A stretch of DNA of 64,000 nt from Pseudomonadota bacterium (GTDB lineage: Bacteria > Bdellovibrionota_B > Oligoflexia > Silvanigrellales > Silvanigrellaceae): NCBI GenBank assembly GCA_039799905.1, contig JBDLRP010000021.1, positions 32,001 to 96,000 of the forward strand, read 5' to 3'. Below are positions 9,216 through 19,494 of this stretch, one piece after another. Under the pieces are notes generated by a model, which saw only the letters and a program-made list of their open reading frames with translations, was not told the DNA's origin and ran no database searches. Numbering within the stretch: position 1 is the stretch's first letter; every line of letters begins with the position of its first letter. The translations under genes were made by a program, and so were the position numbers.

Positions 9216-10475
9216 TTAGAATTGAAAACTTATGGAGGAGCGTATCAGATTTCTGAGCCCACGACGTGCCAAAACCCTACCTGTTGACGTTTGCGCCCAA
9301 TGCAGTTCCGCAGAGAGTTGCAAAGAATCATATGGCTTCAACTGAGCCCTGACGTAGCTCCACCGCTCCTTCCGATCGGGTGAAAGAAGGACTCCAGCTG
9401 CGGGCTCAAAACGCCCGTTCCAGAATGATTTCTGAGTCCGCAAACCGCCGAGCATCGAGTCGGGAAGAAAATTCGTCGATTTTTTTGAGAACCAATGTTC
9501 CCGCCAGAATTCGAATGTTGTCAGCAGGTCACTAAAGGCGGTTGCATCGAGTGTTGCGTGAAAGACAGCTTGATCGGACCGCGAGCGCAGCATGGCACCT
9601 TGATCCGGCAGAGCGCGATTCGAATGAAGGGCAAACTCCGAGCGAAAGACAAAATCGCCCGCCGACTGGGTTGCGCTGAGCCCCATGGAAAAAACTCTCG
9701 GCTCATTCACTTTGAACGCAAAACCAGTCTGTGGCGAACCCGACAGATAAAACTGTGGAACACGCTCAAAATAGGAAAGAAGATAACCATTGATGTCCCA
9801 GCCATTTTTCAACAGCCCGCCAGCCTTGAGGCCGAATTCAGAATCGGCAATCCAACGCCTGTCTGCTGGCTTCTCGACAGAAATACCATTGAAGGATCTC
9901 TCAAACGGAGAACGCGACGCTTTCAAAGTTACGACAGTTTGAAAAACCGTGTTGTCGCCAAGATACTGCAGATTGACAGATGGCACGGCTATTTTTGTCT
10001 GCTCATCGTCTGAATACAGAGGCTCCGTCAGATCGCGCGGATTGAGAAAATCGACCCCATCAAAAAATGCGGAATCGCCCCATGTGTACTTTTGCAATCC
10101 CAGACCGACACTTGCACGGTTGCCTTGCCACTGCAGATAGGCGTGATCACCTTTGAACTCGTAACTCTTTCCAGTGGAGACAAATTCCGACTGTGTATCG
10201 GCGCGCAGCCTCGCTTCCACTGAGACGGATATATCTTTAAAAAAAGATACTTCCGACTGCCATTTAAAACCGATTGTGGGTCGAAGATTCAACAAATATT
10301 TATCCTCAAAATCGCCCACGCTAGTGAGTTCCGGAATTACACTCCACGATTTCAAGTCAGCATGCGCTCGAATAGAAACGCACAGTGCCACGAACACAAA
10401 AAAGGTAAGCCGATTTCGATGAACCGCGCGTTCCGAAAGATTCTTGACCAACACATTTATACGATGATAAATCAA
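9216..10475 (-). CDS. Outer-membrane beta-barrel protein (DUF1302-like)
   Basis: Signal peptide; GLQKYTWG...DFLNPRDL motif; amphipathic strands; C-terminal FQF. Confidence 0.72.
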   Translation of the reverse strand: MIYHRINVLVKNLSERAVHRNRLTFFVFVALCVSIRAHADLKSWSVIPELTSVGDFEDKYLLNLRPTIGFKWQSEVSFFKDISVSVEARLRADTQSEFVSTGKSYEFKGDHAYLQWQGNRASVGLGLQKYTWGDSAFFDGVDFLNPRDLTEPLYSDDEQTKIAVPSVNLQYLGDNTVFQTVVTLKASRSPFERSFNGISVEKPADRRWIADSEFGLKAGGLLKNGWDINGYLLSYFERVPQFYLSGSPQTGFAFKVNEPRVFSMGLSATQSAGDFVFRSEFALHSNRALPDQGAMLRSRSDQAVFHATLDATAFSDLLTTFEFWREHWFSKKSTNFLPDSMLGGLRTQKSFWNGRFEPAAGVLLSPDRKERWSYVRAQLKPYDSLQLSAELHWAQTSTGRVLARRGLRNLIRSSISFQF

Positions 10476-10490
10476 GCAAAAGTCTCGTCA

Positions 10491-11237
10491 TTATTTGAGT
10501 GAGTTTTGGTTGAAAATTGCATCCGAGGATTCTTTAGCCTCAAGCTTCCGAATACGAATCATCGACGAATCATCCTGATTTTTTGCGTCACGGATTAAAA
10601 TCTCTGTTGGACGAACCGCTCCTGCAATCTGCTTATAAGCCCCAAACTCGGCGTTTTTCAGAACCATTCCTGCCAAACTCAGATACTCCGCCTTGATTGG
10701 CCGAAAGGTCTTCTTTTCAATCCAGACTCTGAGTTTTTCATACGTCAGACCTTTTTTGCTCGCATTCAGCATGAGCACCCATTTCTTAGCATCTTGAGAC
10801 TCATACGCTGCGGTATAGTCGCCCCACCAGCGCATCCGGCTGACGTCTCCGTTTGCAGCTTGCCCTGTGAGTTTTTGATTCAGTGCCACTCGAACCGTGC
10901 GCTTGAGGTTGGGAACATAGGCCCACATATCCTCATTGACCATGACCATACTGCGGCCTTTGTCCCGTGCGGGAGCAATTGTGTTCACACGGGTCTTCTC
11001 CCGGCCTTTTGTGAATACCTCCAATTTGACAACGTCGTCCTGCCCCTTGGAACTGACGTCCACCTCCATGAAATAGGACTCAGACGGACAGCGGACTTCG
11101 TCAGCCTTGCGTAGCACATCATCTGCAGACATGGACGATTTTGCAGGCATCTCAACATCCGCGAACGCTGGCGAATATGCAATTGTCGGCGTTGCACCAA
11201 GGAACAATGAAATCAGAAAAAACTTTATTGCTTTCAT
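10491..11237 (-). CDS. Outer membrane lipoprotein-sorting protein (LolA-like family)
   Basis: Signal peptide from MKAIKFF; APARDKG..M...DMWAYVP..KRTVR; C-terminal IFNQNSL. Confidence 0.85.
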   Translation of the reverse strand: MKAIKFFLISLFLGATPTIAYSPAFADVEMPAKSSMSADDVLRKADEVRCPSESYFMEVDVSSKGQDDVVKLEVFTKGREKTRVNTIAPARDKGRSMVMVNEDMWAYVPNLKRTVRVALNQKLTGQAANGDVSRMRWWGDYTAAYESQDAKKWVLMLNASKKGLTYEKLRVWIEKKTFRPIKAEYLSLAGMVLKNAEFGAYKQIAGAVRPTEILIRDAKNQDDSSMIRIRKLEAKESSDAIFNQNSLK

Positions 11238-11253
11238 TTCCCGACTCCGGCCG

Positions 11254-12342
11254 TTATATTTTCTTGAAAACGTCGACATGATACATCTGCGTTTTTTCTG
11301 CATCAATGAACTGCCGATAGTTCTCTGTCACCTCTGCAAAACCCTCACGACTCATCCAATCGATAACTCTCAGGTAGTAACGTGCAACGACGAGCGCCTG
11401 ACTATTCAAGCCAGCACCCATTCTGATGAGGAACTCTCTGGAGGTCTGGTCATCGAAGTATGAAGGCACATCAGAGAGTGATACGAAATCGGCTGGCTCC
11501 GCCGAAAACGAACTGACACAGTCGACAACATTGTTGAGCACGAATTGCACTTTTGCTTTCCTCAGCCCCGCTTGGATATGAGAATAAACTTCGCGGTTGC
11601 ATTCAATCGGGTTGCCTTCCGCATGGACAATACGTCCGAGCAGCGTGAGCTGCAGAAAATAGTTCTCGCGCGGCAGACCACTCGAAAAAAGACGGTTGTA
11701 TGCATTTTGATAGTGCTGCCAATGGGTTTCGGAAATATTCTTCTTCGGAAAATGTCCTTTGTAGAGAAGCGTGTTGAAAAATGTTGAATTGCCAATCATG
11801 AAAATCAAAAGATTCCAGCGAAGATAGGGAAATGATCGGCGCATGTACTGCAAATGCTCGGACATTGATTCCGACTTGAAGATTTCATCGCACTTTGCGC
11901 CAAGAAGACTGCGACAGAGCGTTGAGATCTTCTCGAAGGTTCGCTCCCACTTTCCTGAGTACAAAAGCGGCAGCTCTGGGGATTCTTGGAAGATTCCACG
12001 AAAAAACTCCCGGCAATCCCTGTCCAAATCGAGCTCTTCAATCACCTTCAGGCGAAATCCTTCTGGCGTGTCTTCAGGTGGATACCCCCAAAATTTTAGA
12101 AAATCAGTGTGGCTCAGCACGCGCGCGGTTGCAAAACGCAATTCTGCGAGCCAAAGCTGCTCGCGTGACAAATCGACACAGGTGACAAGCGCCGGACTCT
12201 TTGCAAACAGCGGCAAAACACGAGCTCCACTACCGGCGACGGCGACCACATGACCAACGCCCTCGGGAAGCACGTTCATTTCAAGTGAAGTATCTTCGTT
12301 TGCAAGCGTATAATTGAGCGTGTTGAAGTACTCTTTGCTCAT
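11254..12342 (-). CDS. DUF3419 family protein, BtaA-like SAM-dependent 3-amino-3-carboxypropyl transferase
   Basis: LNYTLANED, VAGSG, CVDLS..QL, GKWE, NYFLQ, SLSDVPSY motifs; ATGA overlap with upstream gene. Confidence 0.78.
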   Translation of the reverse strand: MSKEYFNTLNYTLANEDTSLEMNVLPEGVGHVVAVAGSGARVLPLFAKSPALVTCVDLSREQLWLAELRFATARVLSHTDFLKFWGYPPEDTPEGFRLKVIEELDLDRDCREFFRGIFQESPELPLLYSGKWERTFEKISTLCRSLLGAKCDEIFKSESMSEHLQYMRRSFPYLRWNLLIFMIGNSTFFNTLLYKGHFPKKNISETHWQHYQNAYNRLFSSGLPRENYFLQLTLLGRIVHAEGNPIECNREVYSHIQAGLRKAKVQFVLNNVVDCVSSFSAEPADFVSLSDVPSYFDDQTSREFLIRMGAGLNSQALVVARYYLRVIDWMSREGFAEVTENYRQFIDAEKTQMYHVDVFKKI

Positions 12343-14453
12343 ACGAGCCTCAGTTTTCGGCCGTTGCGTGAGGCCGGCAATTGCCAATCTTGCAGTTTTT
12401 CTCGTGCATTCGCTCGGCACCTCTCGAGCATGTCATCTGTCAGGAATCCTTCGTGGGTGCGAATGCTTGACAGCTTGGCACCATGCTTGAGACCAAGCTG
12501 ATAAATCTCCTTCACCCGCTCGAGCTGCAGCTGTCTTGATAGAGAGAATGATTCATAGCGTCCTTCCATGGTCAGCAGGACAGTCTCGGCAAGACACGCA
12601 TAAACGCTTGGCTTTGCGAGTCCAATATCAACACTCAGCCGCACCGGACCAGGGAGATCAATCTCGCCACTTTCGATCACGAGAACGTCTGGCCGGCGTC
12701 GCGCTTCTTCAGGCCGTATATCCAACGGGCGAGAACAATCGCAGATCACCGCACCCGGTTTGACCCGCATGATGTCGAGTATCTGACCACGCTGGTTGGA
12801 TGTCGCAGTCACTATGAGGTCTGTATCTGCCAATTCCTCATTGGGGTCGGTACGCATCAGGATATCCGTCTCGGGAGCAAGTTCACTGAGTTCATCCCGA
12901 AGTTCAAGAAGCTTGTCCGGCCGCGGAGCCACGATGACGATTGTCGACGCAACCATCGCAAGCAATTGCGCCGAAACACGGCCAATGCTTCCGGTCGCGC
13001 CGACAACCATCACTTTCATCGGGATGAGTCCACTCTTCTTGGGAGGTTTTACGAAGCCCATTTTTATGACCATTTCCCGTGCTGCCCAAAGCGTTGCAGA
13101 CGCGGAATATGAGTTTCCTGTTGTCACTGGAATCGGCGATCTACGCGCCACAGTCACACCCGAGTCACCAATCACTTTTGTGTATGCGCCCAAGCCAATC
13201 ATCAGAGCTCCGCGTTTGTGAGCATCCTCTGCGGCAGCAACCAGCTGGTCATAGATAAAGTTCTCATCCATTTGCAGCATCGCACGAGGCGTTGCACAAA
13301 GCGCATACAGGTCACAAATGACCTCCTGACCCGTGGCTTCACTCCGCGCGCGCGTCAACTGCCCGTATCGAAACACAGGAACCCGAGCGAGCAACTGCTC
13401 TGCTGTTTTCACGACAGGTTTTGGAGAATGGGACAGCCACGACATCCCGGGTGTCAGCGCGAGGTGCTTTACACTGAGTGGATGTATGATGAAGGCGCAA
13501 CGTCGGGGAACACTCGACACACTCGTTTTTTTGCGAGGTTCAAGCCGCATTCCCTCAATCATCTCCAGCGCAAATTCTGGCAAACTCGATGCACTTTGCC
13601 GGTTCATGCGCACCTGATCCATCACCGCCATCAACAGTCCGAACGACCACATATGATGGGGAATTTGCAAGGCCGATACGTTGGGAGCAAACTCAATGAT
13701 CTGCGCTGGCTGAAAACGTTCCAGTTTTTCGCGCTGCGCGGGAGTCAGGAAATCAATGAAAATGACCTTTGATTCATAAATTTCCGGTTCGTCGACGTCG
13801 CCGAGAAGTGCGGAGTACGTCACAAAGACGTCAGACTGTCGGATCCACTGTTTCATTTTCTGGCGGGTGTTTTTCTGCATCCAGTCCGAAAAGACATGCT
13901 TTCCTGCGACTACGCGCGAAGACAGCAATGGTGTGATCATTTTGAAGAATCGGAGGATCTGCTGAGGGTTACGCAGGAGGGTAGGAATTCCGAAAAGGAA
14001 GAGTGGATCGGCGGATTGAATGCAGCCTCCACCCTCGGCAAAAGTGTCGGCAAATGGTGTATACAAGGCCGTATGAAAGAGTATTTTTTTGCCCTTGAAG
14101 AAATTCGGTTCCTCACGAAGAAACTTCCGCACCGACCAATTCGCAAAGAGCGCGCTTAGTTCGACTCCCGTGTAAATTGGTGTTCTGTCGGCAAACCGAT
14201 TGAGATCGCGCGTCGGCAGATGAAGGACCTCTTTGTTTCCAAAGGATGATTTGTCCCGCACACCACTCAGGACAAAGGCATCAACCTCACCGTCGAATTC
14301 GTGAATCAGGAAATGCGCGGCCGAAAAATCCCAGCCGATTCTCTTCTCCGTGACTTCGAAATGAATACCATCTAGTTCGAAGTTTCCACGCAAGTCCGTC
14401 CCGAGGTCGAGAAAATTTAAAACGAGGATCCGCCTTTTTTTTGTTGCCGTCAT
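12339..14453 (-). CDS. Two-domain protein: uncharacterised N-terminal domain fused to an acyl-ACP reductase-like (COG5322) NAD(P) oxidoreductase
   Basis: AFIIHP, GLGAYT, TTGNSY, VVGATGSIG, YACLAET..L..EG...FS match the cyanobacterial acyl-ACP reductase pattern including the catalytic Cys. Confidence 0.75.
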   Translation of the reverse strand: MTATKKRRILVLNFLDLGTDLRGNFELDGIHFEVTEKRIGWDFSAAHFLIHEFDGEVDAFVLSGVRDKSSFGNKEVLHLPTRDLNRFADRTPIYTGVELSALFANWSVRKFLREEPNFFKGKKILFHTALYTPFADTFAEGGGCIQSADPLFLFGIPTLLRNPQQILRFFKMITPLLSSRVVAGKHVFSDWMQKNTRQKMKQWIRQSDVFVTYSALLGDVDEPEIYESKVIFIDFLTPAQREKLERFQPAQIIEFAPNVSALQIPHHMWSFGLLMAVMDQVRMNRQSASSLPEFALEMIEGMRLEPRKKTSVSSVPRRCAFIIHPLSVKHLALTPGMSWLSHSPKPVVKTAEQLLARVPVFRYGQLTRARSEATGQEVICDLYALCATPRAMLQMDENFIYDQLVAAAEDAHKRGALMIGLGAYTKVIGDSGVTVARRSPIPVTTGNSYSASATLWAAREMVIKMGFVKPPKKSGLIPMKVMVVGATGSIGRVSAQLLAMVASTIVIVAPRPDKLLELRDELSELAPETDILMRTDPNEELADTDLIVTATSNQRGQILDIMRVKPGAVICDCSRPLDIRPEEARRRPDVLVIESGEIDLPGPVRLSVDIGLAKPSVYACLAETVLLTMEGRYESFSLSRQLQLERVKEIYQLGLKHGAKLSSIRTHEGFLTDDMLERCRANAREKLQDWQLPASRNGRKLRLV

Positions 14454-15412
14454 CCTCGAGAACCCCCACTCGTCAACAGTGTCAGTGCCTGATGGTGAAC
14501 AGTAAAATTGAGTTCACCGTCGAACTCGAACGACTCGCCGTCAGCAAACAATAAATGGCCTTTCCCGTCTGCCGCACGGACGGTCATTTTTTTACATCTG
14601 ACCCGCTCGGACAGTTGCGGCTCTTGATTCATTCTCAGTTTGGCAAGGGACAGCAACAGTTCTGCCGGCGTCCTGGCGCGCAGAAAAAGAACATCAAAAG
14701 CACCGTCTGTAGGCCTGGCTTCCGGTGCGACAAGCAGGTCTCCGCCCAGTCGCGGCTGATTGCAGACAAAAACGTTGCTAAAGAGGCCCGCGCGGGTCCC
14801 ACCGTCAGTCTGAATTTCATATTTCCGCAGATACGAACGTCGTCCGACAATGGTTGCGGCTGCAAGACCGGTGTAGATGTTTGTTCCCGCGAACTGCGTT
14901 ATTTTCCTAAACACCATCGAATTTCTTCGCATCGCGTTGAAGTCGCGGGTCAGCAACGCACCCACTCCCAATCCGCCGACGGTTGCAAAGAGCACATCGT
15001 TGCAACTGAGAACATCGACTTTTTTCTCAACTCTCCGACTCAGCGCATAGTAGACCGACAGAAGATCAGGATTGTAGCCCCAATAACTTGCGAAATCATT
15101 TGCGGTACCCAGTGGAAGAACCACAAATGGTCGCTGAGTTCTGACGAGTTCAGGAAGTGCACACTGCAGAGTTCCGTCTCCACCTGCGATCACAAGATTT
15201 TCGCCGCTTGGCAATTCACGGATGATTTTTTGCAATTCCAAAACTGACGCTGGCTGGTGCAGCTCCGGCTCGAGCTGCGGCAGGCCGATTCTCAGTGCCG
15301 CCAAGACGCGCTCACGCTGAACACTCCCCGCAGAACCATTCACAATCATGTGAAATCTGATCCGCTCCAGCGGTTTGTATGAGTACCCTTCCAAGGACAT
15401 GCAAGACCCCAA
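14450..15412 (-). CDS. Diacylglycerol/lipid kinase family protein (YegS/DgkB-like)
   Basis: NGSAG, GGDGT, PLGTANDFA, GG....P.A..TDG.FDV, DGE; start may be the ATG at 15400. Confidence 0.88.
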   Translation of the reverse strand: MGSCMSLEGYSYKPLERIRFHMIVNGSAGSVQRERVLAALRIGLPQLEPELHQPASVLELQKIIRELPSGENLVIAGGDGTLQCALPELVRTQRPFVVLPLGTANDFASYWGYNPDLLSVYYALSRRVEKKVDVLSCNDVLFATVGGLGVGALLTRDFNAMRRNSMVFRKITQFAGTNIYTGLAAATIVGRRSYLRKYEIQTDGGTRAGLFSNVFVCNQPRLGGDLLVAPEARPTDGAFDVLFLRARTPAELLLSLAKLRMNQEPQLSERVRCKKMTVRAADGKGHLLFADGESFEFDGELNFTVHHQALTLLTSGGSRG

Positions 15413-15435
15413 ACTGCCCCATTCACATCAGAGGA

Positions 15436-15462
15436 GTTTCGGCCGCACTTTCTGAAACTTTA
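15436..15462 (-). promoter_or_regulatory. Sigma28 (FliA)-like promoter for the lipid kinase operon
   Basis: Minus strand TAAA-N15-GCCGAAAC with exact spacing, directly upstream of the first gene. Confidence 0.65.
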
Positions 15463-15514
15463 CAAAAAATTATAGCAAGTATCTGATAATACTTATTTTA
15501 ATAGGAGGAATATA

Positions 15515-16879
15515 TTATTCATCTAAAAAACGTGTCGCCGCAGCAAACATCGTATCCGAGTTCACAAACGGAGCCCCCACGAGCTTCATTGTGGATTCGG
15601 TTGGGCTCACAGCCTGAAGAGTTTTCAATACCGACGTGAAGACATCCTCATTTTCTTCGACGCACCAACTGCAGGTCCCGTAGACAAGGCGACCACCGCG
15701 TCGCACCTGACGCGCCGCATTGGCGAGAAGTTGCCTCTGCAAAGCATAAAGCGATTCACGCGATTCGCGGGACGCAATCCGCAATCTGGCATCCGGATTG
15801 CGGCGCCATGTGCCGGAGGAGCTGCAGGGCGCATCCACCAAAACAGAATCAAAGCCGGCCTGCAAAAACACCTCGCGGCCAAATTGCGGCGCCGTAACGC
15901 CATCCCACACGAGAGTGCGGATGTTGTGAAATCCAGCCCGCTGGCACCGGCGTTTGGCTTCCGACAGTTTGTGTTCACGGATATCCGAAGCGTACAACGC
16001 GCCTTTGCCCTGGAGGGCGGCAGCAATAGCCACCGACTTACCGCCACCTCCGGCACACGCGTCCCAAATCTTTTGTCCTGCCCGCGCACCCACTGCTTCG
16101 GCTATCTGCTGACTTGCCCAGTCCTGAACCTCAAAAAGCCCTTGCTGGAACGACACCGTCTGATAGACGCCAAAGTTACCACTTACGGCGGCGCAATTTT
16201 CGTTATCTTCAGACCATTTCACAAGAAGCCCATGCTGAACGAACTCTTTTTCCAACTGCTCTCGCGCAGAAGGTTGATTGAGTCGGATCCAAAGCGGTGG
16301 CCGTTCGTTCTGTGCCTGCAGAAATTGAATGACGTCAGACTGTGACCAGCCACTGACAGATCGACGGCGTTGTAATGGTTGCGACCACTCGGGTGGAATC
16401 CCATGCAGAACAAGCAGAAATGAATAATCTTCGTCACGCCAATCGGTCTTGGCCGCAAGCGACGAAATCGCTGAATCGATCTCTAGCCGGAGTGGATTTT
16501 TCTCGTCAGAGAGGGCCTGCGTGAGTTCAATCAACTTCATTGATGGCAGGCTGCGAACCGATGACCAGAGTTGTTCTTCGCTTGAATTTGCCGCGCAGAA
16601 CGAACGCAGCATTTCTTTTTGAGATTCAGCGCCATGTCCGCAGAATTGCCGGACACCGCAATGCACGTGCTCCAAAAATAATCCAAGGGTCACCCAGCGG
16701 GCAGAAGCAAACAGAACGTCGCTGTAAAATCGCCGGTCCTGACTGCCGAATCTCTTTTCCGCGCGAAGTGTCTCGGAAAGCCATCTGTCCAGCTGACGTG
16801 CCGAAGATGAGTCAATGTATCGGGACCAGAGCGCGGCTGCATGCTTTAGCCTGTTCGCTCGCCGAGCATCCGCCTCCAT
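15515..16879 (-). CDS. rsmB: RsmB/NOP family RNA m5C methyltransferase
   Basis: EVQDWASQ, DACAGGGGK, VDAPCSSSG..RRNP, YGTCS...EENE. Confidence 0.82.
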   Translation of the reverse strand: MEADARRANRLKHAAALWSRYIDSSSARQLDRWLSETLRAEKRFGSQDRRFYSDVLFASARWVTLGLFLEHVHCGVRQFCGHGAESQKEMLRSFCAANSSEEQLWSSVRSLPSMKLIELTQALSDEKNPLRLEIDSAISSLAAKTDWRDEDYSFLLVLHGIPPEWSQPLQRRRSVSGWSQSDVIQFLQAQNERPPLWIRLNQPSAREQLEKEFVQHGLLVKWSEDNENCAAVSGNFGVYQTVSFQQGLFEVQDWASQQIAEAVGARAGQKIWDACAGGGGKSVAIAAALQGKGALYASDIREHKLSEAKRRCQRAGFHNIRTLVWDGVTAPQFGREVFLQAGFDSVLVDAPCSSSGTWRRNPDARLRIASRESRESLYALQRQLLANAARQVRRGGRLVYGTCSWCVEENEDVFTSVLKTLQAVSPTESTMKLVGAPFVNSDTMFAAATRFLDE

Positions 16880-16881
16880 GA

Positions 16882-18369
16882 TTATGCATCGACCTCGTCG
16901 TCATAAACGATCTCGGTATCTTCGTAATCGCCGGGATCAAAATCACCACCAACAGCCTCATCCCTTTCGAGATCAAACTTGCTCTTGGGCATTTCAAGCA
17001 AATCTGCCTCAGGTTTTGAGCCATGCGCCTTGCGCGAGCGCTCACGCAGAAAAATGCTGATTGGGATGTGCTGGAAACCGAACGCCTCGCGGAACTCATT
17101 TTCCAAAAAACGTTTGTAGCTGAAGTGAACATCTTTAGGGTCTGAGCAGAAGATGATGAATCTCGGCGGTGAGCTGGCAATCTGTGTCGCATAGAAAAAC
17201 TTGATTCTGCGCGAGCGGTTCTTTGTCAGAGGTGGCGTGTGCTTTTCAAGAATTCCACGCAGCGTCTTGTTGAGTTCGGACGTCGTCACGCGGCGGCGGC
17301 TCTCTTCGTACATCTCGATGCACGTCGGCAGTATTTTACTAACCCGCTGGTTCTCCTCAGCGCTGGTAAAAAGTGTTGGCGCATAGCGGATATAGCGCAA
17401 TGCTTCGTGAAGTTCTTCCTGATAGCGGTTGATAGTTGTTGAAGTCTTTTCTTCCACCAAATCCCATTTATTGACGACAACGAGAATTGGCTTGCGCATC
17501 TCAAATGCATATCCGGCAACGCGAGCATCGCCCTCGGTCGGGCCCTCATCCGCATTTATGACAAGCACCGCGACATCACACTCCTCAAGACATGCAACGG
17601 AGCGCAGTGCAGAATACTTCTCGAGGCGGTCGGTCATACGGCTCTTGCGACGGATACCGGCTGTGTCGAGGATTTTGAATTCCTTGCCGAACGCGCGCAC
17701 CGAAATATCGACAACATCGCGTGTCGTGCCGGGGCGTGAATCAACAATACTTCTCTGCTCACCCGCAATCCTGTTGAGAATCGACGATTTTCCAACGTTG
17801 GGGCGGCCGATGATGGCGAGCTTTATTTGCTCCTCGGCCTCGGTGGGGATTTGCGGTTTCGAGCGAATCACATCTGTTACGGTTTCAAGGAGTTCTCCGA
17901 CACCACGGCCGTGTTCGGCACTGACAGCGAAGATATGCTCTACACCAAGCTTACGAAAATCTTCGGCCAGGTGATCGTCTTTGGGTAAGTCGCATTTATT
18001 GGCGGCGACAACAAAAAATTTGTCCGCTCTGCGCAACCGACGGATGAGGTCGGAATCAACGGGATGCAAACCTTCACGCGCATCGGTGACAAAAACAACC
18101 ACGTCCGCTTCTTCAATTGCGAGCTCAGCCTGTTCGACGAGCTGCCGCTTGATATTGTCACGTGACGTCGGCTCGAAGCCACCGGTGTCGCAAAGATAAA
18201 AACTCGTTCCCGAGAATTCTGCGCGCGAAAAAATTCTATCCCGCGTCACGCCCGGCTCATCATGCACAAGACTTTTACGTTGTTTAACAATGCGGTTGAA
18301 CAGTGTGCTCTTGCCAACATTGGGACGTCCGACAATGGCAATCAACCGCGTATAGGTGCGCACAGGCAT
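16882..18369 (-). CDS. der: Ribosome biogenesis GTPase Der
   Basis: Two GRPNVGKS P-loops, DTGG/DTAG, NKxD, KH-like C-terminal domain, acidic tail. Confidence 0.97.
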   Translation of the reverse strand: MPVRTYTRLIAIVGRPNVGKSTLFNRIVKQRKSLVHDEPGVTRDRIFSRAEFSGTSFYLCDTGGFEPTSRDNIKRQLVEQAELAIEEADVVVFVTDAREGLHPVDSDLIRRLRRADKFFVVAANKCDLPKDDHLAEDFRKLGVEHIFAVSAEHGRGVGELLETVTDVIRSKPQIPTEAEEQIKLAIIGRPNVGKSSILNRIAGEQRSIVDSRPGTTRDVVDISVRAFGKEFKILDTAGIRRKSRMTDRLEKYSALRSVACLEECDVAVLVINADEGPTEGDARVAGYAFEMRKPILVVVNKWDLVEEKTSTTINRYQEELHEALRYIRYAPTLFTSAEENQRVSKILPTCIEMYEESRRRVTTSELNKTLRGILEKHTPPLTKNRSRRIKFFYATQIASSPPRFIIFCSDPKDVHFSYKRFLENEFREAFGFQHIPISIFLRERSRKAHGSKPEADLLEMPKSKFDLERDEAVGGDFDPGDYEDTEIVYDDEVDA

Positions 18370-18390
18370 GACAAAAAAACCTCAGTAAAA

Positions 18391-19494
18391 TTATTTCTGG
18401 ACCGTAGGATCTGCTTGTTGCGTAACCGGCGGTGTACTCACTGGCGCAGCGGCAGCAACCGGGCCCGCAGCACTCTGCCAAAGTTCGGTCAAATCCTGCT
18501 CAACTTCGGCCGGATTCCCGTTCCACACCGTGGAATGCGCGCCCTTTTGGAAAACCTTCACACGAAAGAGTTTTCCTTCTGGCAGAGCATCTGCGACTTG
18601 TCGGGAAACTTCGGGAGCAACAATGTCATCGTTGACTGAATTGTAAACGTAAACAGGAACAGAAACTTTTGCCGCGGACTTGACCGGCTGACATGAGTCG
18701 AAATCGACTTTTCCACGCTTCTCAGCCAACCAAACGCCCAAGCTGATGAAAGATTGCGGCACGTTTGGTTTTTTGGGAGTGCTCAGAACCAATTGCTCGA
18801 CAGACGGAATCGGGTTTTCGAGCGCGAAAGCAAGAATGGTTTTCTCCGCTTCTGCAGCTTCCTTCGGCATTACGAGCGCAGCGGCGTTGAGTGCAGCCAT
18901 AGACCCCATGGATGTTCCGTGCATGAGGATCTTTCTTCCGGGAAACTGTTCCTTCAACGCATTGAGAACCGCAACCACATCATGCTGTTCTCTGCAGCCA
19001 TAACTAGCTCCAAGACCATTGTGGTCAGACAGCCCGTGATTACTCAAATCCATCACAACAAGCTGGAATCCAAGCCGTGAGGCCATCTTGAAATAACGGG
19101 TCCCATGCATATGGGTGCCCGAGACACCGTGGACGTGAAAAAACAACGGAAGCTGTGTGGGAAGCCGCAACTGCTCAGCCGTCAGGTTGTCGTAGATTTT
19201 ATAGTGGATGCGATCGCCAAGCGTCGATTTTGTGTAAAAACTCTGGCCGGACAATTTGAGCGCATCATCGCAGCTCATGTCCAAGGGTTTGTCGGACGGA
19301 AATCCATCGCGCAAATCCGCATATGCGTATTCTTTCATCCATTTGGTGCAGTCGATTGTCTCGACCGCCATCCACTTTTCACGCTCTTTAAAGGGAAACA
19401 ACAGCAAGTCACTCAGATAAAACAACGCACCCGTGAAGACGGCGCCAAAGAAGGCTACTGCTGCTGCAGCAATGAGTGTCAGTTTGTAGCGCAT
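18391..19494 (-). CDS. Membrane-anchored alpha/beta hydrolase
   Basis: N-terminal TM; HG, GTSMG nucleophile elbow, D and H triad candidates. Confidence 0.85.
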   Translation of the reverse strand: MRYKLTLIAAAAVAFFGAVFTGALFYLSDLLLFPFKEREKWMAVETIDCTKWMKEYAYADLRDGFPSDKPLDMSCDDALKLSGQSFYTKSTLGDRIHYKIYDNLTAEQLRLPTQLPLFFHVHGVSGTHMHGTRYFKMASRLGFQLVVMDLSNHGLSDHNGLGASYGCREQHDVVAVLNALKEQFPGRKILMHGTSMGSMAALNAAALVMPKEAAEAEKTILAFALENPIPSVEQLVLSTPKKPNVPQSFISLGVWLAEKRGKVDFDSCQPVKSAAKVSVPVYVYNSVNDDIVAPEVSRQVADALPEGKLFRVKVFQKGAHSTVWNGNPAEVEQDLTELWQSAAGPVAAAAPVSTPPVTQQADPTVQK

